From assembly GCF_964194025.1 (NCBI RefSeq), contig NC_134474.1:51646001-51710000 (forward strand): DNA of 64,000 bases, given 5' to 3'. The notes under the pieces were generated by a model that was not told where the DNA came from, did no database searches, and was given only the letters and a program-made list of their open reading frames with translations. The DNA is from Convolutriloba macropyga. Its lineage: Eukaryota. Positions 25,448 to 38,033 of the stretch are shown piece after piece. How positions within the stretch are numbered: position 1 is the first letter of the stretch; every line of letters begins with the position of its first letter. Position numbers and translations under genes: made by a program.

Positions 25448-28400
25448 TCATAATTTTCCTAAAACAATTTAAGCCTTTTCAAACCTTGAATTATGGTGTG
25501 TTTCTATATGATCAATAGTTTTGCAATGACGCTTGTACAATGAAAGTGTCACTATAAATACTCAAAATAATGTTTTCAAAATTATTATACTGCTCTTCGT
25601 TCGCAAGCTACAAATTGGTTGAAAAAAGTGAAGAAAAATGTGCAATATCAAAGTGCTTTTCATCAACTAAAAACGCAGCAGCTGTTTGCTTCTGATGGCG
25701 AAATAGAAGCAAAATTCAGTTTAAGTGATAATTTTTTGGGTGCGCTTAAACTTGATTAGAAGCAAAAAGAAGCAAAAATTTAATTCAAACAGATTTTCTC
25801 ATCCTAAATTTTTTCTACTTCAAAAAATGGCTAAATTTTTAACTACAGAAAAAAATTGCTCGCGGAAATCGCCGTACCCATAAAATTGAAAATTGTATAT
25901 TAATGTTTGAGACTAATCAAATGTTAGCTAACTGATCATCAAAAATTATCATCTTATGCTCTCCTCTAACTGTTTCTGAGTTTGTTACGTCAATTATTTT
26001 TCTCATTAGCAGTGAAAAGTTAGATGAATTCTGTAATAAATCGATTACAATGTATACGCCATCTTGGCACTATAGATAGTTTTTTCTCACTCCTCAACAT
26101 GTTGAAACTGAACATCAACCGTAACTGAAGTGCGAGGTCAAGTGCGGTGGCCTTTAAAGAACTCAGGTAGCATGGAAAAATTTACGTACTCTGGCCAATC
26201 AAGTTTCAGATCGTTATTCTCTTTCCCTCTCTCGACTGCATGTTTTATGAACATTGCTATTCCTAACAATCAAATCACGAAGAACAAAAATAGGGGCTGG
26301 AACATTGTCAAGCCTTATTTTGACAAAGTATTTCAGATTAGTCGTTCAATTGAAACCCCATTTTAAGAAACTCTCCGCTATTTTCTAGAATTGATATAAA
26401 CGATGTTTTTTTGCCTATGGTTTCCTCCAGCAAATGACAATTGTTCCTCATTTTTAGAATACTTGATCGTTCCTTAGAAAGGAATCACATATGAAAGAGT
26501 CTTACTCCTTCTTTGGTTGTCATAATTATATTATTCGTATGAATTCAATTACAGATTCGCCTTTTAGTAAATGCCACTTTTCCATTAGTTAATTGCAAAC
26601 CTAACATAAAATATAGCCGGCAAATTGCCGGAAAATAGCTGCCGTTGAACCGCTTGACGGCAGCTATTTTCCGGCATTCTGCTTATTCGGTTAGATTCTA
26701 AAACTACACTTAACTAAGCTTTTAATCTGAACGCTGTTGAGCATAATACTAATGCCAGCTATCAAAAATTTTAATGAATTTTGATAACCTAATTCACTAA
26801 GACTTAATGACCGGGATTTAAATTTTTATCCCGTTTCTTTTGATTTTGTTCTTTTGACTGTATTCACTACATAGCGCATTTCAGTGCTTGAAAGAATTTT
26901 AAATCCATTCAGTTGAAACAGTTAATGAGGTACGTCAGAATGCGGATGCTCGGAAATAAAGAAATCAAAATTCAAGTCTTGAACAAACTTCCTCTAGCTA
27001 AAAAAAACCTGTAGAATACCAAAACCCATCTTTGAGTCGTAAAAAGACCAACACGAGTAGTATGCCCAAATACACGCTTCGTCACGGGGGACGTCCCCTC
27101 TGTGACGATCCGTGTACACGCTTCGTAAGGGGTGGGGACGTCCCCACCCTTGACGACTCCGTGAGGTACAGTTTTGAGGTCAAAAAATTTTGTCTCTCAA
27201 TTTTGCCAGAGGGACAAAAACTTGTAAAAATTTTCTCGATTTCTGCCGGGGACAAAAACCTGTAAAATTTTCTCAAATTTGTTGGGGACAAAACTTTTGT
27301 AAATTTTTGTCAATTTTGTGCGGAGAGAAAAGCTTACGATATTTCCAGCTATTTTGTGCGGGGGATAAAAACTTGTTAAAATTTCTCAGTTTTCTGGAAT
27401 TATTGAAAAAACTTATGAAAATTTTGCAATTTCTTGGGGTCCATTAAGTTGATTTTAAAGTTTAAAAATTATGAAACCTTTTTTTTAGGCGAAAAAGACT
27501 ATTCATGGGTTTTCAAAAGACATATAACTGACTTACCCTTTCTTTATTTCAATCTTTTGATAAGTTTTATCTAATATATCGACAGTAAAACGAAATGAAG
27601 TTAAATTTTGGTCGTTTTGATCCAACATCTGGTTTTAATTTGATAGTTTTATTGATCATATGTTATCCCAGATAAGGGAGTGTGGGCAGATTAAAAAACC
27701 AAAAAAACTTAAGTGCCAGGGCTCCAAATTGTGAATTCTTGTGTCTGGTATGAAATTTGCAGCGTCAGAGGTGAAAAGAATGCATCTTTGCAGAGAATAA
27801 GGAAGAAATAAACGTATGAAATGGACAAAGTAAATGCTCAAAACTAAATGAAATTTTCCAAAAAAGTACTGAAAAATTGTTTGAAAGTGTGCGGTAGAGC
27901 AATTCATATACCACGTTTAAATGACGGAAGAGTTAAAAATCGAGAAAAAATGTGTATTTTTAGAGTGAAAATTGTTGTTTTTGGACAATTTTATGCAAAA
28001 TACTTCCACAAAAAGCAATTCCATTATGCAAAAATTGTTTTGCCTTGTGAATGACGAAAAAAGCAGACCGGTTAACTGTGCAACACAAGGTGTTTGAGTG
28101 ATAATGCAAATGTGATCACGTAAAATAGTGTAAAACTTGAGGAGAATTTAAAAAATGGTAAAATTTTAACGGGAAAAACTGATGACCGACTGAACCTTAC
28201 TGCGTAACTTAGGCAAAATGATAGAATGAGCAGACTATTTCCCTTATATACTTAAGAAAATAAACTTCTCTTTTTCTGTGAAGGATTTTTTGTTCTTTAC
28301 TTTAATGAACAGTTTTCCTGTTCTGTTTTTGTTCTCCTAATAGGTTTATAGCACTAACAACAACCATAGCTGTATGTCTACAGTGATAATGTATTTTTAT

Positions 28401-28708
28401 CCAGTCTGGACTTCTTTTGCCGACCTCTGATTGGTTGAGAGCTGACTGAAGATTAATTTTAGACTGGTGCATATGACAAAGTATGTTTTTTGATTTTTTT
28501 GTTTCGCAAGTTTTGGTCTCGGCGTTTGTGATGTTTGGCCAAGTTTTAGGAATTATTATGTCTCTAAATGTGTCAACATGTGTCTTCCATTCCCATAAGC
28601 AATTCAGTGTGGTCTTCTCGGCTTCTCTGATTGGTCAGTCGATTTTGAAGCTTTATTACCGTCTTGCACATGTTAGAACAAGTGTTGTTTTATTATCAAA
28701 GACAAGGT
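25448..28708 (+). repeat. Left arm of long inverted repeat (probably extends further left)
   Basis: Reverse complement of 60905-64000, with 25448 pairing to 64000. Near-identical ORF translations 26130..26366(+) / 63051..63320(-) and 27656..27907(-) / 61549..61800(+). Confidence 0.97.
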
Positions 28709-29717
28709 GTAAAAAAGAAATGAGGAAAGACTGTGAAAAGAATTTGCAAAATTTTTTTTAAATTTGCTTTAGAGCAAAGATTTGGATTTTGTGAGCAACC
28801 AAACAGTATGCAAGAATTGAAAGAAAATGATTATTTGTGTTGAATTGTTTTTGCTACATGTTTAGGCGTGTTGCATCTAAGAATAGCTCAGAACTATACT
28901 TGTCACGTAGAGCATAAAAGTTGGAAAAATTTGGTTTTTATCTTAGCCACTCAGAAAACAGCAAACTTTGAAACTTAACTTTATGTCTAGTAAGGCGAAA
29001 GTAGAGTGACTACAGACAGTATACGAATGCGTTGTTCTATGTCTTATCATAACCAACTGGAGAATTCGTGGACAAACAGAGACAACATGCAGTTGGCATT
29101 GCGTTATTAGTGGTTAAATTTATAAAATTTAAAACTCGATGAATTAGTCTGTCGCTATTATTAGAATGACAAATTCTTATTCACTCGTTGCTTAATTATT
29201 GTTAATAATAAATGATTTAGACTCTTCAGAGAAAAAAATTAAAAATTTTGTTGAGTTGCAGTTTGGTAAGTGAAAAAAAAGACTTGGCATGCGTTTTGAT
29301 CAAACAGTTGTTTGCAAAAACTGATTGGAAAACATTCACGAGAAAACCTTATCCATTTCCACGTCTTATCCTGAAAACTCAGTCAGATTAAACTATTTCC
29401 TGGCAGCAGGTGAATACTTTAGTGAGTTGGACGGACTGCTTTGGTCGTGATATTGCTCTAAATTTATGTCCATATGGAGGTCTCATTGGCATCGACAATT
29501 CTTCTTTCGACAAGTACCTAGATGTGTCAACAATTTTCACTTTTGCACGCTATATAACACGACGCAGGTGGTTTCATATATGAAATATATAACCAAGGAC
29601 GTGGTTATTCTCAAATGCTTCCGTGGAAAAGCAGCAACTGTTTTAGCGGGCATTTGTTGGGAATATTATTTTGCTTATATATAAAGATTTTTCATCCCTC
29701 AATGTTTCACTTATTGG

Positions 29718-30200
29718 AATGCTGAGCAGCAAAACGGTTGTGTTAGACGTTGAAGGATTTCGTCACAGAAAAGAAAAATTTTTTGTTAGAGAGTTTGGAA
29801 TTTGTACTGAGGACTACCTTGACTGCGTGTCATTTTTATCAACAACAATTATAGTGAGTCAACAACTCAACAAAAGCAATCTATCAGTTGGTTGAGTAGA
29901 AATTTGCACGGTATTGATTTGGACATAGGAAATTATCCCTATATTTATCTTACACAAATTATTCAAAGCGTTCGCTTGCGGAGTCCTGGTGCAATATTCT
30001 ACGCTAAGGGAGCGGAGAAAGTTAAACTTTTGTCAGAGTTGCTTGAATGCCCTGTTATTGATCTGAATTCACTCGAGAGTCCTTCGATATCTGTGAACTA
30101 TTTTACACAAAATTGTCAAAATCATTCAAATTGCAAAAACAATTTCAACAAACATTGTGCAAAAAAAGACCATTTTCTATTTCAACTGGTTAACCAATGA
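29718..30200 (+). pseudogene. DEDD-like nuclease-fold protein typical of Polintons (frameshifted)
   Basis: VVLDVEGFRH.KEKFFVREFGI, WLSRNLHGI, YAKGAEKVKLL, VIDLNSLESP and a C-terminal C..H...HCA. Confidence 0.65.
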
Positions 30201-30670
30201 AAGAGGATTTGACAAAAGTGGAGGCAATCTTGTCACCGAGTTCAACAATTTGTGCCTTGATTACGGGGCACGGCAATCTGAGTCTTTCAATTTCCAAAGA
30301 CAAAACCATAAAAACCGGAAATTACAGAGAAAAGTTAAATTGTTGCTGACTGAGGACAAAATTTGCTCATTCACTCATTTAGTATATTTTATTGAACCTT
30401 TTTGTCAGTGGAGAAAGCAGAATGTCAAAAAATCAACCCAGAGTATGTCCTACGAAACTCTTACCGATGTCGAAGCACCCGGTTCGTGAGGAAATTGACA
30501 AAAACGATCCTTCACTGCTAAAAGAGATTCAACACTTGGTGAAGGAAGAAAGAGTGCACAAAATTGTTTTGTTTATTATAACAAAACTGTGAGACTCTGA
30601 GTGCTTTATGGTTCATATAAAAGACCTTCTAACTGAGTTCACTTGCTATGAGTTGTTTTATTTGAACTGA
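30197..30670 (+). pseudogene. Unknown Polinton-module ORF with internal stops
   Basis: ATG overlaps the end of the previous gene. The frame continues into ORF 30392..30592. Confidence 0.35.
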
Positions 30671-30714
30671 TATCCAAATTATACTTTTTTAACAATGTTT
30701 TATTTTGTGTTGAG

Positions 30715-30990
30715 ATGGAGGGAGTAACATTTGATCAAATTGACGCTGTTGTACAGGAAAATTATTTTGAAAAAGAAAGTAGCAGCAAATCGTCTTGGAA
30801 ATTTTGTAACCAAACAACTTTGCCAAGCTCAGAAGTTGTATTTTTTATGCAAATGTTTGTTATATTACTGCTAATATCGCTCTGTATTGTGAAATTAACC
30901 GTCTTAAAACCAAATTGTGAAGAAACTTCATTTTGGATATCCATATTGTCAAGTTTAGTTGGATACATTTTACCAAATCCAAGACTATGA
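30715..30990 (+). CDS. Small two-transmembrane protein conserved upstream of Polinton ATPases
   Basis: Intact 91 aa: SEVVFFMQMFVILLLISLCIVKL...FWISILSSLVGYILPNP. The stop overlaps the ATPase ATG (ATGA). Confidence 0.75.
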   Translation: MEGVTFDQIDAVVQENYFEKESSSKSSWKFCNQTTLPSSEVVFFMQMFVILLLISLCIVKLTVLKPNCEETSFWISILSSLVGYILPNPRL

Positions 30991-31690
30991 ATAAAATTAT
31001 ATCCACAGAAGATAGAGTCTTCATAGCCGTTGTAGGGCCTACAGGTTGGGGCAAAACAGAGTTAATTTTCAAAACGTTGAGTGGCAACATATTTTAACCG
31101 AAAATTAACCACATTACATTTTTATACCGAGAAATGCAACAAATATACATCAAAATGGAGCAAAAACTGTGAGTTATTTTCAAAAAGTATGCCAATTTAG
31201 AATTTTTGAATAACCTTGAAAACTGTCTTTTGATAATGGATAACTCGTGCGAAGAAATTTATAACGACAAAGAATTTTTTAAGTTGGCCACTGCAGGACG
31301 TAATAAAAAATTTATTGTTCTTTACATAAAGCACAATCTTTATCAGCAGAGCAAGTCGTCTCGTACAATAGACTTGAAGACATCATACATCTTTTTGTTC
31401 AAATCAATTCGCGATATTCAACGAGTCGAATTTTTAGGCAAGCAGTTAAATCTTGTTAAATTTTTAAAACATTGCTATCAATTCGCAACGAAAAAACCGT
31501 TTGGGCATTTGCTTATCGATCTTGATCAAAATACGTCTGGTTGTTTACGATATTGTTCAAATATTACTTAGCCAGGTCCTACGGTGTTCTATTTTCCATC
31601 TGATTAAGCAAAAGAAACCCCTCTAAACAGTGAAAGAGAAAAAATTATCTATACTGAAGCAAATGGTGCATTTGCAGCCAAAACAGTTCA
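30987..31690 (+). pseudogene. A32/FtsK-HerA-family DNA packaging ATPase
   Basis: MNKIISTEDRVFIAVVGPTGWGKT (Walker A), CLLIMDN (degenerate Walker B), GRNKK...HNLYQQSK..RTI, FLFKSIRD, KPFGHLLIDL. In-frame stops. Confidence 0.93.
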
Positions 31691-31940
31691 AGAAATACGT
31701 GCGTAATTGTGATAGTGATGTTATATTGGTTTTATGTGAATGTCTTCACAATGTTTTGCTGGGTCATGTAGGAGTGAAAGTAAGAAACAGAAAGTTAGAA
31801 AAATACAGACACATATTTGAAAGTGTTCTCAAGAAAAAGTCAACAATGGATAAACGATGAACGCTTTTTCTAACAAAATCCGGTTTCGAATTGATTGAAC
31901 TCATTATAAAATTTTATTTCATTCATTTGAGTTATACCAT
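31630..31940 (+). pseudogene. Small basic Polinton protein (core-protein-like)
   Basis: VILVLCECLHNVLLGHV...LEKYRHIFESVLKKK...KSGF matches the CEC..NVL.G.V motif I recall from Polintons. One internal stop. Confidence 0.6.
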
Positions 31941-32640
31941 GTCAACTGCTGAAGTATTTTTTTTGATTCCCAAAAATCAGTTTATGAAAGAACAACCGTA
32001 TACCTCACAAATTCTAAATGATCCCAATGTTCAGCGTACCGGTGCTCAAATTTGCTTTTTGAACCGTATGCGACCAAATGAAAACACTAAAACAGAGGAC
32101 CAGGAAAATTTAGATACAAGGGAAACAACTGATCCCACTGAGTTGACAAAAACAATTTCGAACAAATTTCTTCAAAATCTTAACGTGTTAGCGCCAGCGA
32201 AGTTTACCAGGACGGAGAAAACAGTGAGTCTCATTAAAGAGTTAAAAAATGTTGTTATAGATGACGGAAATTTCATTGATGACGGAACAGCACAAGGAAT
32301 AAATGCTCCCATTTTGCTCTATAATTTGCAACAACCAACTGAAAAACCAAATAGTCCAGATGATTTTAGCATTCTTGATGTTTTAAACATAAAAGAAGAC
32401 TAGGTGATCAACAGCATTGCTAAATTTGCGATCCGGAAAAGAACTCAAAGAATTGCCAAACCAAAAAAGAAAAAGAAAATTGTTTTGCCAAAAGGAATCA
32501 AGCACAAAGAAACCAGACAATTACTTACAGAAAAATCCTCAGACGCCGGAAGTGGTTTCGAAACTTCATAGGAAGACAGAAATCAGGAGGAGGAGAAAAA
32601 CTGGGAGTCTTTCGACGAATGAGAAAAAAACTGCTTGAAT
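31937..32640 (+). pseudogene. Unknown Polinton-module protein preceding the integrase
   Basis: Open frame MSTAEVFFLIPK... to 32403, with a probable frameshifted continuation. Confidence 0.45.
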
Positions 32641-33558
32641 TAAAATATACGAAAGGTCCCGCAGCATACGGAAGCTTGAGAAAGCACAAATTTGAAACCA
32701 AGTAGAGTGAAATTGTTCCTGGAGAGCAAAAATGCTAACACAAAGCACAAGAAATATCGAAAAAATGTCCCAAAACTGAAAGTTATTGACTACGATATAA
32801 TTGAAATTTGGTCGCTAGATTTGGCTCATGTGGATAAATTAGCAAAAGAAAACGAAGATGTAAAATACTTGATGGTTGCGGTTGATTGTCTCTCACGTTA
32901 TATACGTGTTAAACCCTTGAAATCAAAGTACGCCACATCAACAGCCGATGCATACAATAAAATGATAAAAAACAAGCGACCTAAAAGTGTGGGTAGATTC
33001 TGGTACAGAATTTAAGGGCTCTTTCGGCACTCTGTGTCAGAAAAATGAAATCGAAGTTAATAACACTTTTAGCGAGAAAAAAACGCATTTGAATCCGCAA
33101 AAAAATCCGCAAGAAAAAATACATGATCGCCCAAGAATTTGATATACAACTATTTAGAGGACAAATGGACATACTCGTGTATTAATTAACTGCAGAGCTT
33201 TGTACAAACCATTAACTCTAGAGTCAACAGGGTAACGAAATTGGCGCCGAATAAAATGACCAAGAAAGACGTGCCTTAATTGCTGTCACTAACATTTAAT
33301 GCGTCAGCAACACTAGTTCGTCAACCAAAGTCTTACGTTGGGGACTTTGCGCGAATATCGAAAGCGGATCTTCCCTTTAGAAAAGGATATAAGCAAACAT
33401 TTACGAACAAAGTTTTTGAGATTTACGATATATCTACAACAAATCCCCCTACTTATAGTCTCATTGACGCATCCCAAGAGCCAGTCAAAGGAAACCATTA
33501 TGAAGTAGAGTTGGTCAAAGTTAAGGACAATAGTAGTGAAAAACCAAAACATGAATGA
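32610..33558 (+). pseudogene. Polinton-type retroviral-like (rve) integrase
   Basis: IWSLDLAHV, KYLMVAVDCLSRY, WVDSGTEFKG (shifted frame), INSRVNR..KLAP, VGDFARISK...FRKGYKQTFT..VFEI...PPTY...G.HY..EL.KV. Confidence 0.93.
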
Positions 33559-34030
33559 ATTCACGGTTCACTTAGTTTCATCAGCCTCTATGAATATTTT
33601 CCCTCAAAACACATTGTCTTCTTTCAAAAATTTTTGCAATGAAGAAATAAATTTAGAGGGGGATTGGTGCGTTGCAGTAAGTAAAATATTCTATTTGATG
33701 CTGTATCCCGACCATACGGAGGAGAAAGACGTATCATTGGAATTGGTTCCTATGAAAACCTTGACCATCTTCTGAGATCCATAAAATCAGCTTCTGGTTT
33801 ACTTCATTTTGACTATCAATATAACAAAATATAACAAAAGAGTTTTGTTCCTCTTTTTCGGTAAAAACGAAGGAATTATTTTTCCGGATACCGAAATTCC
33901 AAGCATACTAGGTTTCAACGGTATTCATGGTGGTTCTGGTTATCATATTGATACAAGATGTTGGACACTTTTGCAAATCTGACTATGGCAGATGACAAAG
34001 AAAATGCTTTTGTCGGTGATTATCCTTTCG
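33555..34030 (+). pseudogene. Minor capsid (penton) gene, 5' part
   Basis: MNEFTVHLVSSASMNIFPQNTLSSFKN...LEGDWCVAVSKIFY. Ends ...FVGDYPF at the LTR junction. Confidence 0.85.
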
Positions 34031-34466
34031 ATAAGACGTTTTCTGAGCTTACCTTTAATAGGATACTCCAGGAATTGTCTTATGGTCGTCTCAAGAATAA
34101 TAATGTTCTTAAGAGTTACCTGACTAATTAAAGTTCTATGATTCTAGTCTGTTACTCTTCGATGGGAGTACTAGTGGATAGAGCACGGGCCCCAATGCTG
34201 CTATCTAGACTTAGTCTCAAATATATTTCACAAGCGGAGAAGAGAGAGAGGTTCATATACTTTATTGTTATATCAGGTCTGACTCTGAAGGAACCAACTA
34301 AAGTGTTAAATGAAAGGTTTTAGCACATTTCAAAAAGGGAAAATAATAAATATAGTTTTATCCAATCACAAACGAGTATTTGAGTTTCAATAAATCATTT
34401 ATTCTTTTTTGAATAAATAGTTTTTTCAAGTTTATATCTGGATGTCATTCAAGTTTGACTCCATCT
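34031..34466 (-). repeat. 3' LTR of giant Gypsy element
   Basis: Direct repeat of 57039-57468. About 33 substitutions and one 6-bp indel by eye (~92%). Confidence 0.95.
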
Positions 34467-36299
34467 TTCCATGTTGTTGAGTTTTTGAAAGTTTTGTATT
34501 CTGTATATTTGGTTCTTCTACTTTTCTTTTCTAGTGGAATAATTTGTAGTTGTAGGAAGATTCGTGTTCGCATGCAGTTTTGTAGTCGTTGGGCAGGTCA
34601 GCTATTCAAAGACATTCTCTGATCATCAACAACCGCAAAAGTATCTATTCCATGAACCATCAGAGTTCCAATGATTCCCACAAGCGGCGGCTGCCGATGA
34701 TCCAGTGGTGTGTTGCTGTTCTTTCCTTGTAGTTGTGTAGTGAGTTACCTGACTTACCCGAAAGTTTCTTAGTTTTAATTGTTAGAGGTGAGTTGTGAAT
34801 TATATCAAAAAATATTATAGTGTTACCCGGTAGAGGTGTAGGTGATATTGGGTATTTATTAACAAGTCTATCGTGAATGGTTCACGAGGTTCTTGTTAAC
34901 TATACATTCAAATATTTTTGTAACACTTTTACATGTATACATGTATCCCTCCCGGTTGGAAAAAGAAAAGGATCCGCTTTATTCATGTTAAATTCGTTCA
35001 CATATGTTCTAGGTAATTGAAATGTTAGATGTGAGTATGTAAAAATTCAATGGCAATTAATTAATGGTACAACAATTTTACCTTCTAAGTTATAGTTAAA
35101 ATTACCTGATTCATATGAGGTCAAATTTTGTTATGTAACACGCTCGGCAAGTATCGTGTACATTTGTTTACAGTTCTCGGCTACACACAGTAGAGGTGAA
35201 TGTCTCGAGAATATTCACAGGTGTTTCATTTTGCATTGTGAGTTGTTAATATTCTGTATGGGAGTAATCAGTGTTATCAAACACTGGGTGACATTTAAAT
35301 CTGTCCCTTTAAAGGTTATCTGTTAGAAGTATGTGTTCGATTGTTTGGAAGGAGAAAAAGTGTCTGTCGAAACTGGTCGATGCTGTTTTATATCAGAAAA
35401 TATGGTGTACTATTTACTTCCATGAGTGTTGGCTGTTACTCACGGTAATGTGTTCTAACATGCTATTTTGAAATTTTCGAATTGAGGTCAATGTTATAAA
35501 TTTTTGGGTTGTTATATCTTTTCATGTATGCCTTTACTAGTTAGTGCGCTCCGAAACTAGTTTTGTGACAACGTTTTGTAGGTGTATTGTGAATATTAAT
35601 ACTATATTGTTGAAAATAGGATGGTTAAAACTCATTCAGGTGCATGTTCTTGTGGTAATACCTGTCTTTACATTTTGGCATTTCTTAAATTCTCAACTTA
35701 ATTAATTGCTATTTAATTGCATATATAATTACATGTGGGTGTCATTTGAGTCGTTTACCTAAATACAGTACATTTGTCATTACATATATTACATTGTTGA
35801 GGTAAGTTATTTCAGAAATGTCTTCCGTTTATTGTTCAGAATTATTACAGTGCCTAAATAGGAATATTAATGTGGGGTATTTGAATATATTCACACTAAT
35901 CTATAATTCAGGTGATTTATTATTTCCTAATCTATTTCCCTGAGTTGTTTGTCTCAAGTGCGGTTGCACTTGTCGATATCAAGTGTGTTGGTATTTTGTA
36001 GTTTGATGGCACTTCTTGTAGTGCGGTGGCACTTCAAGTGTAGTGCGGTAGCACTTCATTATTAAAAATAGGTGAAGCGGTGAAGCTTTTATTAAACTAT
36101 GTAATGATTACAAGTTAATCAATGTTTAGAACAGAATAGTGACAATTTGTAATAATGTTTACATAAACTGACATTTACTGAAATACGTTATCAAGAAATT
36201 ACAGGAAGACATTCGTGGTGATATATAGGTGAGATAAAAAAGATAAACAGTTTAATGTGTAGAGATCAGTGCGTTGAGACAGTTTTGAATCAGTTTTGT

Positions 36300-38033
36300 A
36301 TGTTGTGGATAGTTTGTCAGATTTTTGAGGTCTTCAAACTCTTTAAGGAATTCTTTGTTTTGTGATTAAAAATATACTGGCGCATTATGTAATAGGTTCG
36401 GTGTTATGTGTGGTACTGTTGCTTTTACAGGTTTTTGTATTTCCAGTTCTTGATCCGTCGGTCGCGGGATCCTATGTATTCTATGAATTTCTTGACTGAT
36501 TCGCTGGTACGCTTCCGTGAATTTGATAGGTGTGATAATGCTCTGCTGGTTCGAGTGCTTCGATAGGTACTATAGGTGGTCGTTCGGGGTTTTCGATGGG
36601 TTGGAAGATATAATAATTTTACACGGGGTCAAAATATCTCAGGGTGCCTTTCATGTACTTCTCCTTAATAATATATGCAAATTTCATGAAATAAGGTGAT
36701 GTCATCTGATCGTTTATATATATAAAATTTTCATATGGGAGGTTGTCTCGTAGGTAAGTATAATAAATTAAATTATGTATTTTTTTGGTTTCATGCACTT
36801 TAAAATTGTTACATTGTACATCTTTAGGGGTGGGATGTAGAAAATTAAAACTTAATTGAAACATTTCATGAGTGTATGCTTTAAATGCGTTTACATCCTG
36901 CGAAGCTTTTGCAATTACATGATCGCGGGAGGGGCTACGGGGTAAAGTGAATTTATAAGCGTATCGATACAAAAACTTCTCCGTCAAGCTGTAAAATTGT
37001 TTTAGTTGGGGGTATCGTTGGTGATGAACAACGTCTCTCCCAATATTGCGTGTGCTTGTTTTGATTGTTTCTACTGTTTCACAGGGTATTGGTGGAAGGA
37101 ATTCAGGAAGTCGTTGTTGCTGTGAATGGAATTCCTCGATACAAAAATGGTGTAGTTTTTTTCGTACGGGATGTTCGACCAATTGAGGAAAGATAAGAGC
37201 GGGTTATATTGCTCATTATCCGGGTCCACATACAGTCGGGGATCATCATTTTTGAACCATATGGTCTCACTGACGTGCGTGCTGGGTGATTGCTCGTACG
37301 TACTGATGTGGAAAAAACTTTTGGGGTCACTGCTACGTGGGGTGACTGCGTGTGGAAATCTCAGGTTATTAGGACGAATGTTTGAGATCTCTCCCCGTTG
37401 AACTAGGTTGTAGTGTTCAATTATTGGGTTTACATATTTTCCTAGTCGGATATGAACAGGTGTCGTGCCGTTTAATTCTGTAGGTGGTTCTGGCATTGGT
37501 TCTGGCATTGGTGCAGGCATGGGGGGATTGAAAGTGGCTGGAGGCGGGTATACTGGCATTGGTGGATATTGGCTTTCATTGCTATACGGGTTAGTGTAAT
37601 AAACTTGTTGCATTGTTGGTGTTAATATAGGTGTTGACTGGTATAGCGGTGATGCATGTACTTGATTATATTGATATGAAAGGTTTGCTATAGGTTGATG
37701 GGTGGGGTGATACTTGACTTGTTGGTGGACTTGCTTGGCTTGGGAAGCGATGTGTTTCCTCTTCTCCGACAGTGAGCTATGTCGCACTTCTTGTCCGTTG
37801 GTGTTATCGACTTGGACAACGAAGTTCTTTACTTTCTGTTCCTGCTCAGACGGAGGTCGCTCAGATGGGCTCGGTGATTGTGGTTGTGTACTGGTTTACA
37901 CACCAGTATCCATTGTGGTGGATTAGACAATGGTTTCAGCTGAGCTTGGACTCGTTGCTCCTGAGCTTATTTCACCCTCTTCCACGGAGGAGCTAAGTTG
38001 AGAGTCTGGTTTGAATTCTCACTCTGATGACAT
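36300..38033 (-). pseudogene. Accessory ORF downstream of env (Ser/Pro/Gln-rich N-half, unknown C-half)
   Basis: Overlapping ORFs 37071..37787 and 36619..37182 in sense orientation. An upstream in-frame MSSE...SSVEEGEISSG segment contains stops. Confidence 0.6.

Noticed and set aside
26130-26366. ORF duplicated in both arms as a possible gene
   Set aside because: Short, GTG-started, no motif, and the stop differs between arms. The duplication is explained by the inverted repeat.
28710-29700. Possible location of a decayed pPolB
   Set aside because: Only ~1 kb, AT-rich, with no Exo or Pol motifs seen in any frame.
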